Shown here: positions 38,730 to 49,177 of the stretch, piece after piece
Layout: every line of letters begins with the position of its first letter
How positions within the stretch are numbered: position 1 is the stretch's first letter
Assembly: GCF_032117575.1 (NCBI RefSeq)
Contig: NZ_JAULZA010000034.1
Strand: one strand, 5' to 3'
Origin: Mycolicibacterium sp.
Lineage (GTDB): Bacteria > Actinomycetota > Actinomycetes > Mycobacteriales > Mycobacteriaceae
DNA: 64,000 nucleotides
Translations under genes and position numbers: made by a program
Notes under the pieces: generated by a model
Told to the model about the DNA's origin: nothing
The model's database searches: none
What the model saw: the letters and a program-made list of their open reading frames with translations, nothing else

Positions 38730-40403
38730 TTATATCCGACTGGCGGCGTCGCGGCCCGCGGCGCGGCCGGAGAACAGACAACCGCCCAGGAAAGTGCCCT
38801 CCAGTGCGTTGTAGCCGTGTACCCCGCCGCCGCCGAAGCCGGCCACCTCGCCGGCCGCGTACAGCCCGGCGATGGGTTCGCCGGCGGCGTCCAGGGCCCG
38901 CGAGGACAGGTCGGTCTGGATGCCGCCCAGCGTCTTTCGGGTGAGGATGTGCAGCTTCACCCCGATCAGCGGCCCGGCTTCGGGATCCAGAATCCGGTGC
39001 GGCGCGGCGGTCCGGGCGATCCGATCGCCGAGGTAGCGCCGGGAGTTGCGGATCCCCTGCACCTGAGCGTCTTTGCTGTACGGGTTGGTCATCTGCAGAT
39101 CGCGGCACTCGATCTGAGCCCGTATCGACGCCGGATCCAGCAGTGGCTCGTCGGTGAGCTTGTTCATCATCGCGACGAGTTCCTCGATGGTGTCGGCCAC
39201 CACGAAATCTGCCCCGCGGCTCTTGAAGGCCTCCACCGGCGCCGGAGCGCCCTTGCTCATCAGCCTCTCGCGGAGCATCCCGACCTTGTCGTGACCGGTG
39301 ATGTCGGGGTTCTGCTCGGACCCCGACAGCGCGAACTCCTTCTCGATGATCTTCTGCGTCAGGATGAACCAGCTGTGGTCGTAGCGCGCGATCTCCGGCG
39401 TGGTGCGCAGGTACCGCAACGTGCCCAGGGTGTCGTAGCCGGGCAGGAAGGGCGCCGGCAGTCGGCGCCCCAGCGCGTCGAACCACATCGACGACGGACC
39501 GGGCAGAATCCGGATCGCGTGTGCCGGCCAGATCGGATCCCAGTTCTGCACGCCCTCGGTGTAGTGCCACATCCGATCCCGGTTGACCAGCCGCACACCG
39601 CTGTCGGCGGCGATGTCGAGCATCCGCCCGTCGACGTACGCCGGCACCCCGGTGATCATCGACGACGGCGGCGTCCCCATCCGCTCGGGCCAGTTGCGCC
39701 GCACGACATCGTGGTTGCCGCCGATGCCGCCGGTGGTCAGGATGACCGCCTGCGCACGCAATTCGAAGTCGCCCAACATATTCCGGTTGGACGGAGCGCC
39801 GCGCGGGGCGTCGTCGGGCGCCAGCACCGCCCCCCGCACACCGGTGACCGCACCGCCGGTGAACACCAACTCGTCGACGCGGTGGCGGTAGTGGAAGGTC
39901 AGCCGTCCGGCATCGGCCGCGGCCAGTGCGGAGGTGACGAACGGCCCGACGACGCCGGTCCCGGTGCCCCACGCGACGTGGAACCTCGGCACCGAGTTGC
40001 CGTGGCCGTCGGCCCGCAGGTCGCCACGCTCGGCCCAGCCGACCGTCGGTAGGAAGGTGATCCCGTGGCTGTGCAGCCAGGACCGCTTCTCCCCCGCCGC
40101 GAACTCGACGTAGGCGCGGGCCCACTGCCGGCCCCAGACGTCCTCATCGTCGAGACGATCGAAGGCGGCGCTTCCGCGCCAGTCGCTCCAGGCCAGTTCG
40201 AAGGAGTCCTTGACGCCCATCCGCCGTTGCTCGGGGCTGTCCACCAGGAATAGCCCCCCGAACGACCAGAACGCCTGACCGCCGAGATTGGCCGCGTTCT
40301 CCTGGTCGACGAGCGCCACTTTCTTGCCGCTGCTGGTCAATTCGTGGGCAGCGACCAGGCCCGCCAGTCCCGCGCCGACGACGATGACATCCGCGTCCAT
40401 CAC
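38730..40403 (-). CDS. FAD-binding dehydrogenase (KsdD/flavocytochrome-c-like family)
   Basis: VVGAGLAG, GGQAFWSFGG, TRKTLGG and GLYAAGE...LEGTFLGGC motifs. Confidence 0.9.
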   Translation of the reverse strand: MMDADVIVVGAGLAGLVAAHELTSSGKKVALVDQENAANLGGQAFWSFGGLFLVDSPEQRRMGVKDSFELAWSDWRGSAAFDRLDDEDVWGRQWARAYVEFAAGEKRSWLHSHGITFLPTVGWAERGDLRADGHGNSVPRFHVAWGTGTGVVGPFVTSALAAADAGRLTFHYRHRVDELVFTGGAVTGVRGAVLAPDDAPRGAPSNRNMLGDFELRAQAVILTTGGIGGNHDVVRRNWPERMGTPPSSMITGVPAYVDGRMLDIAADSGVRLVNRDRMWHYTEGVQNWDPIWPAHAIRILPGPSSMWFDALGRRLPAPFLPGYDTLGTLRYLRTTPEIARYDHSWFILTQKIIEKEFALSGSEQNPDITGHDKVGMLRERLMSKGAPAPVEAFKSRGADFVVADTIEELVAMMNKLTDEPLLDPASIRAQIECRDLQMTNPYSKDAQVQGIRNSRRYLGDRIARTAAPHRILDPEAGPLIGVKLHILTRKTLGGIQTDLSSRALDAAGEPIAGLYAAGEVAGFGGGGVHGYNALEGTFLGGCLFSGRAAGRDAASRI

Positions 40404-40458
40404 GCCGTAACCGTACCGGCCCCCAGTACACCGCGGCGTGGCTGATGTGACGGCAGTT

Positions 40459-40484
40459 GTTTAGTGGGCGACATTTACGGGAAG
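40459..40484 (+). promoter_or_regulatory. SigF-type promoter of the heme-oxygenase-like gene
   Basis: GTTT-16 nt-GGGAAG, 9 nt before the GTG at 40494. Confidence 0.6.
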
Positions 40485-40493
40485 CCCGGGCCG

Positions 40494-41516
40494 GTGACCC
40501 TTGCTCCCGTCGTCCTTGAGCCCGCGCTGCCCACGGCTCGGGGCCCGTTGTCCATGGCCGTGATCAATCTGCTCGCCGAGCGGGCGCCGCGTTCCCGGCT
40601 GGACCGGATCGAGGCGTCGATCGGCGATTCCGATCCCTACGGCATCGATATCCAGCTCAGCCTGTGCGTCTGCTACGAACTGCATTACCGCGGCTTCGCC
40701 GGGGTGGACCCGGAGTGGGAGTGGAACCCTGGTCTACTGCATCTGCGCGCGCGACTGGAGGACGCCTTCCTGTGGGCGTTGCGCCGCGATATCGGAGACG
40801 CGGGCGAGGTTGCGACCACCGCCGCCGACGAGATGGAGCGGCTGTCGGCGGAACCGGTGAACGGCAGCGGCCCGTCGTACTACCTGCGCGGCGAGGGTAC
40901 CTGGGAGCAGCTGCGGGAGTATTTCGTGCACCGCTCGCTCTACCACCTCAAAGAGGGCGATCCGCACGCGTGGGCGATTCCCCGGCTCACCGGTCAGGCC
41001 AAGGCGTCCTTCGTGGCGGTGGAGTTCGACGAGTTCGGCGCCGGCCGCGGGGACCAACTTCATCAGCAGTTGTTCGCCGATCTGATGGTGGCCGCCGAAC
41101 TGGACCCCAGCTATCTGGCCTACATCGACGTGGTGCCGGCCGAATCGCTGGCGGTGGTGAACCTGATGTCGCTGTTCGGTCTGCATCGGCGGCTGCGGGG
41201 CGCCGCGGTGGGGCACTTCGCCGCCACCGAGATCACCTCATCACCGGGGTCACGCCGGCTGCTCGACGCCCTGGTGCGGGTGGGAGCGCCGCGCGCGTGC
41301 CGGGAGTTCTACCGCGAACACGTCGAGGCCGATGCGGTGCACGAACAGGTGGTCCGCACCGATGTCGTCGGCGATCTGGTGGCACGGGAACCCGCGCTGG
41401 ATGCGGACGTGGTGTTCGGCATCCGGGCCTTCGGCGTGGTGGAGGATCTGCTGGCCGAGCACCTGATGCGGTGCTGGCGCGCCGGTGAGACCTCGCTACG
41501 CCGAACGCTGATCTGA
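40494..41516 (+). CDS. Iron-containing redox enzyme (heme-oxygenase-like diiron oxidase family)
   Basis: YHLKEGDPH, EFDEFG...HQQLF, HFAATE and FYREHVEADAVHE candidate diiron ligands. Confidence 0.85.
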   Translation: MTLAPVVLEPALPTARGPLSMAVINLLAERAPRSRLDRIEASIGDSDPYGIDIQLSLCVCYELHYRGFAGVDPEWEWNPGLLHLRARLEDAFLWALRRDIGDAGEVATTAADEMERLSAEPVNGSGPSYYLRGEGTWEQLREYFVHRSLYHLKEGDPHAWAIPRLTGQAKASFVAVEFDEFGAGRGDQLHQQLFADLMVAAELDPSYLAYIDVVPAESLAVVNLMSLFGLHRRLRGAAVGHFAATEITSSPGSRRLLDALVRVGAPRACREFYREHVEADAVHEQVVRTDVVGDLVAREPALDADVVFGIRAFGVVEDLLAEHLMRCWRAGETSLRRTLI

Positions 41517-41717
41517 CCGGGTGCCGGCCTGGCGGCAGCGCCGGTGGCTGGTGTCGCACAGCGGATAGTCCCGGCTGCGACGGCAGGTGCAGACGGCGAC
41601 CATGAACCGGCCGGACTCGACCACTTCACCGTCGGGCAGTTCGATGCGCACCGGGCCCTCGATGAGGACGGGGCCGGACGGGACCACCCGCACGGTGCGC
41701 TTGTCGCGGTCACTCAA
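41496..41717 (-). CDS. CDGSH iron-sulfur domain protein
   Basis: GPVLIEGPV...AVCTCRRSRDYPLCDTSH (C-x-C...P-x-C-D-x-S-H). Confidence 0.9.
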   Translation of the reverse strand: MSDRDKRTVRVVPSGPVLIEGPVRIELPDGEVVESGRFMVAVCTCRRSRDYPLCDTSHRRCRQAGTRSDQRSA

Positions 41718-42406
41718 AGCTTGCGCCCCCGGACGACCACGAGCTCCTCGTCACGCCGGCCAGGATCCAGCAGACCGACACGCTCCATCCACGTCGCCCT
41801 GGCTGTCAGTACAGGCCCGAATGGAATGCGTTGTGCCGCAATTGTCTCCGCCGCGATCCCGCCGCGTCGAAGCAGCTGAATGGTGCGGCCCGGATCGGCG
41901 AACTCGGACTGGACGATCAACAGCACACCACCACCGCCGAGCAGCCCGGGGGCCGCGTCGCACAGCGGGTCCAGCACCGCACGGCCGTCCGGACCCGCGT
42001 CCCACGCCCGCGACGGGCCGACGTGGCCGGGCAGCGACGACGGCGTATCGCCGGGCTCGGTCGGCACATAGGGCGGGTTGCACACCACCACGTCGTACAG
42101 GCCGTACTCCAGGGCGTCAGACAGCGTGCCCACCCGGGCGTCCACCCGGACGCCGGCGGCGCGGGCGTTGCGCCGGGTACAGCGGACCGCGCGGCGGGAC
42201 ATATCGATGGCGGTGACGCTTCGGGCGCCGAGCTGCGCGGCGGTGACGGCCGCGATTCCGCTTCCCGTGCAGAGATCCAGCACCGACCGCCCGCCGACCG
42301 GGGTAAAGCGTTGCATGGTCTCGATGAGTAGTAGCGAATCGTCCTGGGGCGCGTAGACGCCGGGGACGGCCGTCACCGGTGCGTGGGGATATGAGGTCCT
42401 CAACAT
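41714..42406 (-). CDS. HemK2/MTQ2-family SAM methyltransferase
   Basis: PGVYAPQDDS, LDLCTGSG, CNPPY and AWDAGPDGR; AGAAAGG RBS; GTGA overlap with the CDGSH gene. Confidence 0.9.
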   Translation of the reverse strand: MLRTSYPHAPVTAVPGVYAPQDDSLLLIETMQRFTPVGGRSVLDLCTGSGIAAVTAAQLGARSVTAIDMSRRAVRCTRRNARAAGVRVDARVGTLSDALEYGLYDVVVCNPPYVPTEPGDTPSSLPGHVGPSRAWDAGPDGRAVLDPLCDAAPGLLGGGGVLLIVQSEFADPGRTIQLLRRGGIAAETIAAQRIPFGPVLTARATWMERVGLLDPGRRDEELVVVRGRKL

Positions 42407-42469
42407 CGGCCTTTCTGGGAAGCGGCACACAGCAGGCGAATGTCGCCTGACCGGCCCTGAACTACTTAC

Positions 42470-42523
42470 ATGCCCGTAACGGACCGTCCGCAAACTCGTT
42501 TGCCGCCGAGGACAAGCGGGAAG
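42470..42523. promoter_or_regulatory. Back-to-back divergent SigF-type promoters
   Basis: - strand GTTT(42495-42492)-16 nt-GGGCAT; + strand GTTT(42498-42501)-16 nt-GGGAAG, 9 nt before the ATG at 42533. Confidence 0.65.
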
Positions 42524-42532
42524 GCATCGAGC

Positions 42533-43237
42533 ATGAAAGCCTCAGACCTCGTCACGGTGCCCTTCCAGGCCGGCGCGGCGGTACGTCACCGCCGGCTGTT
42601 CCACCCCGTCGGCGTATTGGCGGAGGGCACCTTGGAGCGGCTCTCGCCGCCCGGCGAGGGGTTGCCGGTCGAGTCCGGCCCGATCATGGGCCGGGTTTCC
42701 AAGGGCATCGGGACGCCGGGGGCGCTGCCCGACTTCGCCGGCCTGGCCTGGCGGATGCAACCGGCGCCGTTCGCCGCGACCCCGTGGGACGTGCTGCTGA
42801 TCAGCGCCGGGCTCGGGAGCGCAAGGGCGACCGTCAATCGGTTGCTGTTGCGGCCGGTGGTCTCCTGGGCCGAGGCGGTGTACTCCAGCCTGATGCCGCT
42901 GCGCCACCACGGCGAATTGTGGTGGGTCAGGGCCCGGCTGGTCACCGAGCCGGAGGGCGGTGGCCTTTCGCTGACCACGATCCGCGATGGGATCTCCGAC
43001 GGCGGTCTGGCCTTCGAGGTCGAACAAGCCTGCGGCACCGGTGAATTCATCCCGCTGGCCCGACTCGAACTGAACCGTGCCGTCGCCGGCGAACCAGTCT
43101 CCGACGGGGAAGGGCGTGATATCGCCTTCGATCCGGTCCGACATACCGCACCGGATGTCACGTTGTGGCCCGACTGGTTGCGCGAACTGCGCGAGCTGGC
43201 CTACCGCGGCAGCCGGCAGGGCCGTGACGCCCACTGA
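42533..43237 (+). CDS. Truncated catalase-fold protein (actinobacterial family often labelled 'phosphodiesterase')
   Basis: RLFHPVG, RVSKG...PDFAGLA, IAFDP and LRELAYRGSR resemble catalase-related heme-domain motifs. Confidence 0.65.
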   Translation: MKASDLVTVPFQAGAAVRHRRLFHPVGVLAEGTLERLSPPGEGLPVESGPIMGRVSKGIGTPGALPDFAGLAWRMQPAPFAATPWDVLLISAGLGSARATVNRLLLRPVVSWAEAVYSSLMPLRHHGELWWVRARLVTEPEGGGLSLTTIRDGISDGGLAFEVEQACGTGEFIPLARLELNRAVAGEPVSDGEGRDIAFDPVRHTAPDVTLWPDWLRELRELAYRGSRQGRDAH

Positions 43238-43246
43238 CCGCCCGGG

Positions 43247-43444
43247 TCAGTCCGGCGGTTCGGTCTCGGGCCGGTCGGCCACGTCAGGGGTGTCGCACCG
43301 CTGGACCTCAGCGGGGTCCGGTGCCGACTTGCTCGCGTGGTCGTCGGTGTAGTCGGCGTAGTCCTCAGCCTCCGACGTGGAGTCGGTGTTCGAGTCGACC
43401 TCCGACGTCGAGTCGGAGCTCAGACCTGAAGTGGTCGGTGTCAT
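43247..43444 (-). CDS. Small acidic hypothetical protein
   Basis: 65-aa Asp/Ser/Thr-rich ORF filling the gap, with GC-rich third codon positions; weak SigF-like GGTT-15 nt-GGGCAA upstream. Confidence 0.5.
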   Translation of the reverse strand: MTPTTSGLSSDSTSEVDSNTDSTSEAEDYADYTDDHASKSAPDPAEVQRCDTPDVADRPETEPPD

Positions 43445-43490
43445 GACCGACGGGATTGCCCGATCGGCCCGATTTCAACCGCGGTGTGAT

Positions 43491-43955
43491 TCAGAGCCGG
43501 GCCTTGACGGCGGCAGAAAGCCGCGATCCATCAGCCTTGCCGGCGGCGATCGCGGTGGCCGCCTTCATCACCAGACCCATCTGCTTGACCGACGGCCGCT
43601 CGCCGATGTCCTCGGCCACCTGGGCGATGGCGGTATCGACCACGTCGGCCACTTCAGCGTCGGTCAGCGGCGTCGGCAGGTACTCGTCGATGATCCGACC
43701 CTCGGCGTGCTCCTCGGCCGCCAGTTCGCCGCGGCCGTTCTGCGTGTAGATCTCGGCAGCCTCGGTGCGTTTCCTGGACTCCCGGCTGAGCACCTTGAGC
43801 ACTTCGTCGTCATTGAGTTCACGGGCCTGCTTGCCGGAGACCTCCTCGGTCTGGATAGCTGCGAGCATCATCCGCAGCGTCGCGGTGCGCAGCTTGTCCC
43901 GGTTCTTCATCGCCTCGGTGAGGTCGGATCGCAGCCGATCCTTCAGTTCCGCCAT
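43491..43955 (-). CDS. GatB/YqeY domain protein (Rv3688c)
   Basis: LKDRLRSDLTEAMK...LRM...YLP.PL...MGLVMK...GKADG. Confidence 0.93.
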   Translation of the reverse strand: MAELKDRLRSDLTEAMKNRDKLRTATLRMMLAAIQTEEVSGKQARELNDDEVLKVLSRESRKRTEAAEIYTQNGRGELAAEEHAEGRIIDEYLPTPLTDAEVADVVDTAIAQVAEDIGERPSVKQMGLVMKAATAIAAGKADGSRLSAAVKARL

Positions 43956-44072
43956 GCCGCTTTACGCTACGCGGGCTCGGGCCTGGTCGGTTGATCGGTT
44001 CGACGATGGGTTTGAGAAAAGCCGCACCGCTCGACAGGATGGAAAAGTGAGCCAACTTTGGAGGGCGGGCCG

Positions 44073-45149
44073 GTGACCGCACCCCCTCCCGGACCGGTCG
44101 GGCCGCCGCCCGGCTGGTCGGGCCGGCCCAATCCCTGGGACGGTTATCCGCCACCACCCCCGGCGGGTTACCCGGGTCACCCGCCGTATCCGCCGCCGAC
44201 GTTCGGCTACCCGCCGCCGCGATCCGGCCCGTATCCGGGCACCCCGGTGTGGAAGCCCGGCGTGATTCCCTTACGCCCGCTGTCGTTGACCGACGTCTTC
44301 AACGGCGCGGTGGGCTACGTGCGGGCCAACCCCACGCCGACGCTCGGCCTGACGACCGTCATCGTGCTGTTCACCACCGTCGTCGGATTCCTGACCGGAC
44401 TGGCCGCGAACGGGATCGGCGGCACTGCGGCCAGCGCGGCCGGCGTGGTGACCGGAGGCACGGCGATGCTGTTGACCACCACTCTGCTGTCTGGCCTGCT
44501 GACCACGATCGTGGCCCGCTCGGTGCTGGGTGGCCGGATCACCGCCGGGGAGGCCTGGCGTCGCGCGCGGGGCCGGCTGCCCGCGCTGATCGGACTGACC
44601 CTGCTGGAGGTCGCCGTCATCGCGCTGCCCATCGGCGTTGTGGTGCTCATCATCGTCGGCGCCGCCCAGGCGGTGAATGGCGTGGTCGCCGCGCTGCTCG
44701 GGGTACCGTTGGTGCTGACGTTGCTGGCCGGGCTGGTGGCGATGTACGCCCTGCTCGCCCTGGCGCCGGCCGCGGTGGTGCTGGAGCACAAAGGCGTCCT
44801 CGCGGCCATCCGGCGGTCCGTGGCGTTGAGCCGGCCGCGGTTCTGGCGCATCCTGGGCATTCTGCTGCTGGCCGGAGTGGTCGCGGCTCTGGTGAGCGGC
44901 GCGGTCGCGCTGCCCTTCCAGCTCGCCGGTCAGGTGCTCACCATCGGCGAGTCCGCGGGGCAGCCGACGGTCGGCGGTACCGCGATCGCCGGCATCGGGC
45001 AGGTGATCGGTCAGATCATCACCACGCCATTCACCGCCGGGGTGGCGACTCTGCTTTACGTCGACGCCCGGATCCGTTCGGAGGCATTCGACTTCACCTT
45101 GATGGCCGCATCGCCCAACCAGGACGATGCGGTGTGGCTGCATCAGTGA
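44073..45149 (+). CDS. Pro-rich multi-TM membrane protein (Rv3689 orthologue)
   Basis: KPGVIPLRPL and LLYVDARIRSE motifs; several TM helices. Start approximate. Confidence 0.82.
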   Translation: MTAPPPGPVGPPPGWSGRPNPWDGYPPPPPAGYPGHPPYPPPTFGYPPPRSGPYPGTPVWKPGVIPLRPLSLTDVFNGAVGYVRANPTPTLGLTTVIVLFTTVVGFLTGLAANGIGGTAASAAGVVTGGTAMLLTTTLLSGLLTTIVARSVLGGRITAGEAWRRARGRLPALIGLTLLEVAVIALPIGVVVLIIVGAAQAVNGVVAALLGVPLVLTLLAGLVAMYALLALAPAAVVLEHKGVLAAIRRSVALSRPRFWRILGILLLAGVVAALVSGAVALPFQLAGQVLTIGESAGQPTVGGTAIAGIGQVIGQIITTPFTAGVATLLYVDARIRSEAFDFTLMAASPNQDDAVWLHQ

Positions 45150-45174
45150 GACTCCGGGCGAGACGGTAGTAGGC

Positions 45175-45774
45175 GTGCCGGCCATCGACGTCGACCGGGA
45201 GACGGCACACGACGCCGCCGCCCGTGAGTTGGCCAACCCGATCTACCCGAAACCGTCGTTGAGTGACCGGATCGGGGAGTGGCTCAACGACCTGCTGCGC
45301 CGGCTGATGGACACCGCCACGACGCTGCCCGGCGGATGGCTGACCTTGGTGGTCCTGACCCTGCTGGTGCTGGCCGCCCTCGTGGTCGCGGCGCGAATAC
45401 TCCGACGCACCATGGGCGACGGCGGCACCGGGCGGCTGTACGGCAGCCGGGTGATGAGCGCCGCCGATCATCGTGCCCGAGCCGATCAGAGCGCCGCGCA
45501 GGGTGACTGGGCGGTGGCCATCCGGCAACGGGTCCGCGCCGTCGGGCGCCAACTCGAAGAGGACGGCGTGCTCGCACCCGTCCCGGGCCGCACCGCCGGT
45601 GAGCTGGCTCAGCACGCCGGTGTGGCGATGCCGGAAGTTGCCGCCGAATTCGCCTCCGCAGCAACCATATTCAACGATGTCACCTACGGCCAGCAGCCGG
45701 GAACCGAATCCGACTACCGGCTGCTCAGCAGCCTCGACGACCGGGTGCGGCGGCACGCGGCGGCGCGGCCGTGA
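45175..45774 (+). CDS. DUF4129 membrane protein (Rv3690)
   Basis: AHDAAARELA.PIY, PGRTAGE and FNDVTYG motifs. Confidence 0.85.
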   Translation: MPAIDVDRETAHDAAARELANPIYPKPSLSDRIGEWLNDLLRRLMDTATTLPGGWLTLVVLTLLVLAALVVAARILRRTMGDGGTGRLYGSRVMSAADHRARADQSAAQGDWAVAIRQRVRAVGRQLEEDGVLAPVPGRTAGELAQHAGVAMPEVAAEFASAATIFNDVTYGQQPGTESDYRLLSSLDDRVRRHAAARP

Positions 45775-46879
45775 ACCGCCAACGCCGGCGCACCGGCCGT
45801 TGGGTGCTACTGGCCCTGACCGCCATCACCGTCCTGGCGGTACTCAGCGCCTGGCTCACCGCACCGCGGATCGGCGGCCGGATGGACCCCGATGCCACCT
45901 CCCCGCTCGGCGGGCACGCCCTGATAGCACTGCTGCGGGAGCGCGGCGTCGAGGTGGTGGTGGCCGCTAGCGTGCCCGACGTCGAACGCGCGGCGCGCCC
46001 CGACAGCCTGCTGCTGGTGGCCGAGACTGAAAACACAAGGGGCGCGGAACTACTCGGCCGGCTGGCGGCAGTCCCTGGCGATCGGCTGGTGGTTGAGCCG
46101 ACGGCCAAGAGCCGTCAGGCGCTGGCACCCGGGATTCGGATCAGCACCGGCGGCCGCCCGGCGGTCCAACCGGGCTGCGATCTGCGCGAGGCGCAGCGCG
46201 CCGGAACGGTGGTGTTCGCCGACGCGAGCACCTACGAGCAGTCCGGAGACGTCCCGGTAATCCGCTGCTACGGCGGTGCCCTTGTTCGCTACACCGCCGA
46301 TGGCCGCACCATCACCGTTGTGGGGTCGGCGGGCTTCATGACCAACGGGGGACTTCCGCGCGAGGGTGACGCGGCGCTGGCGATGAACCTGGCCGGTAGT
46401 CGCGATCGGCTGATCTGGTATGCGCCGCAACAGCTTCAGGGCGATACCGCTGCCGACAAGACCATCGGCGAGCTGATCCCCCGCCAGGTCTTCTGGGTGG
46501 TGCTTCAGCTGGGTGTGGTGGTGGCGCTTCTCGCGCTGTGGCAGGGCCGCCGGCTCGGACCGCTGGTCGCCGAACGACTTCCGGTGGTGGTGCGAGCATC
46601 GGAGACCGTCGAGGGCCGGGCCCGGATGTACCGGTCACTTCGAGCCCGGGGCCAGGCCGCGGCGGCGCTGCGCACCGCGGCACTGCACCGCCTGAGGCCG
46701 CGCCTGGGACTGGATGCGGGCGCCTCCGAGGTGTCGGTCACGGCGGCCCTCGCCTGGCGCTGCGGGATGGAACAACACGCCGTCGGCGGTGTGCTGTTCG
46801 GCCCGCCCCCGGAATCGGACAATGAACTGCTCGAACTCGCCCGTTCACTCGACGACATCGAAAGGCAGGTCAGCCACTC

Positions 46880-46883
<4 letters not shown>
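45771..46883 (+). CDS. DUF4350 membrane protein (Rv3691)
   Basis: N-terminal TM helix, GGHALIALL, RRLGPLVAERLPVVV...ETVEGRARMY. Confidence 0.85.
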
Positions 46884-47850
<967 letters not shown>

Positions 47851-47851
<1 letters not shown>

Positions 47852-49173
47852 TGGTTCTCACCGGGCGGGCCGCGGCGGCTGGGCTGGTCGCGGTTCTTCC
47901 GATCGCCGTATCCCCGCGGCCGGCCTGGGTTTTCCTGTTCTGCGCGGTGCTGCTCGCTGCCGCGGTGGCTGCGGACGCCGTCCTGGCCGGCCGGCCCGCC
48001 GGTCTCGACGTCCGCCGTACCGGTCCACCCTCGGTACGACTCGGGAACAGTGGGGATTCGGTCCTGCAGATCCGTAACGACGGCAGCCGCAGCGTCCGGG
48101 GCCTGATCCGTGACGCCTGGCCGCCGAGCACCCAGGCTCAGCCGCGCAGTCACCCCCTGGACCTGCGCCCCGGCGGATCGGCGACGGCGACGACCGCGCT
48201 GCGGCCGTTGCGCCGGGGGGACCATCACAGCGCCGCGGTCACCGTCCGGTCGATCGGACCGTTGGGCCTGGCCGGCCGCCAGAGGTCGGTCGCGGTGCCC
48301 GGTACGGCGCGAGTGCTGCCGCCGTTCCTGTCGCGCAAGCACCTGCCGTCCCGGCTGGCCAGGCTCCGCGAGATCGACGGTCTGCTGCCGGCCCTGGTGC
48401 GCGGGCGGGGCACCGAGTTCGATTCGCTGCGCGAGTACGTCGTCGGCGACGATGTCCGGTCCATCGACTGGCGGGCCACCGCCCGCCGGTCCGATGTGGT
48501 GGTGCGCACCTGGCGTCCGGAACGGGATCGGCGCGTGGTCATCGTCGTCGACTCCGGCCGGACGTCGGCGGGCCGCGTCGGGGTCGATCCGACGGCCCGC
48601 GATCCCGGCGGCTGGCCGCGGCTGGATTGGTCGCTGGACGCCGCGCTGCTGCTGGCCGCGCTGGCAGCGCGGGCCGGCGACCACGTCGATTTTCTTGCCC
48701 ATGATCGGGTGACGCGGGCCGCGGTGGTCGGCGCCGGACGAACTGAGCTGCTGGCCGAACTGGTCACCGCGATGGCGCCACTGGAGCCGGCACTGGTGGA
48801 GTCCGACTCCGCGGCCATGGTGGCCACGGTGCTGCGCCGGGTCCGCCGCCGGGCGCTGGTGGTACTGCTCACCGATCTGAATTCCTCTGCGCTGGAAGAT
48901 GGTCTGTTGCCGGTGCTGGGCCGACTGACTGCCCGGCACCAGGTGCTGCTCGCCGCGGTCAGCGATCCACGGATCGCCGACCTCGCCGCCGGCCGCTCGG
49001 ATGTCGCGCAGGTCTACGACGCGGCGGCCGCCGAACGCTCGCGCAACGACCGACGCGATATCGCCGCACGATTGCGCAACAGCGGTGTCGAGGTGATCGA
49101 CGCCGTCCCCGACGAGCTGGCTCCGGCGCTGGCTGACCGGTATCTCGGGATGAAGGCCGCCGGCCGGTTGTGA
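47851..49173 (+). CDS. DUF58 (VWA-like) protein (Rv3693)
   Basis: GTEFDSLREYVVGDDVRSIDWRATAR; MIDAS-like DSGRTS. Confidence 0.92.
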
Positions 49174-49177
49174 CGGC

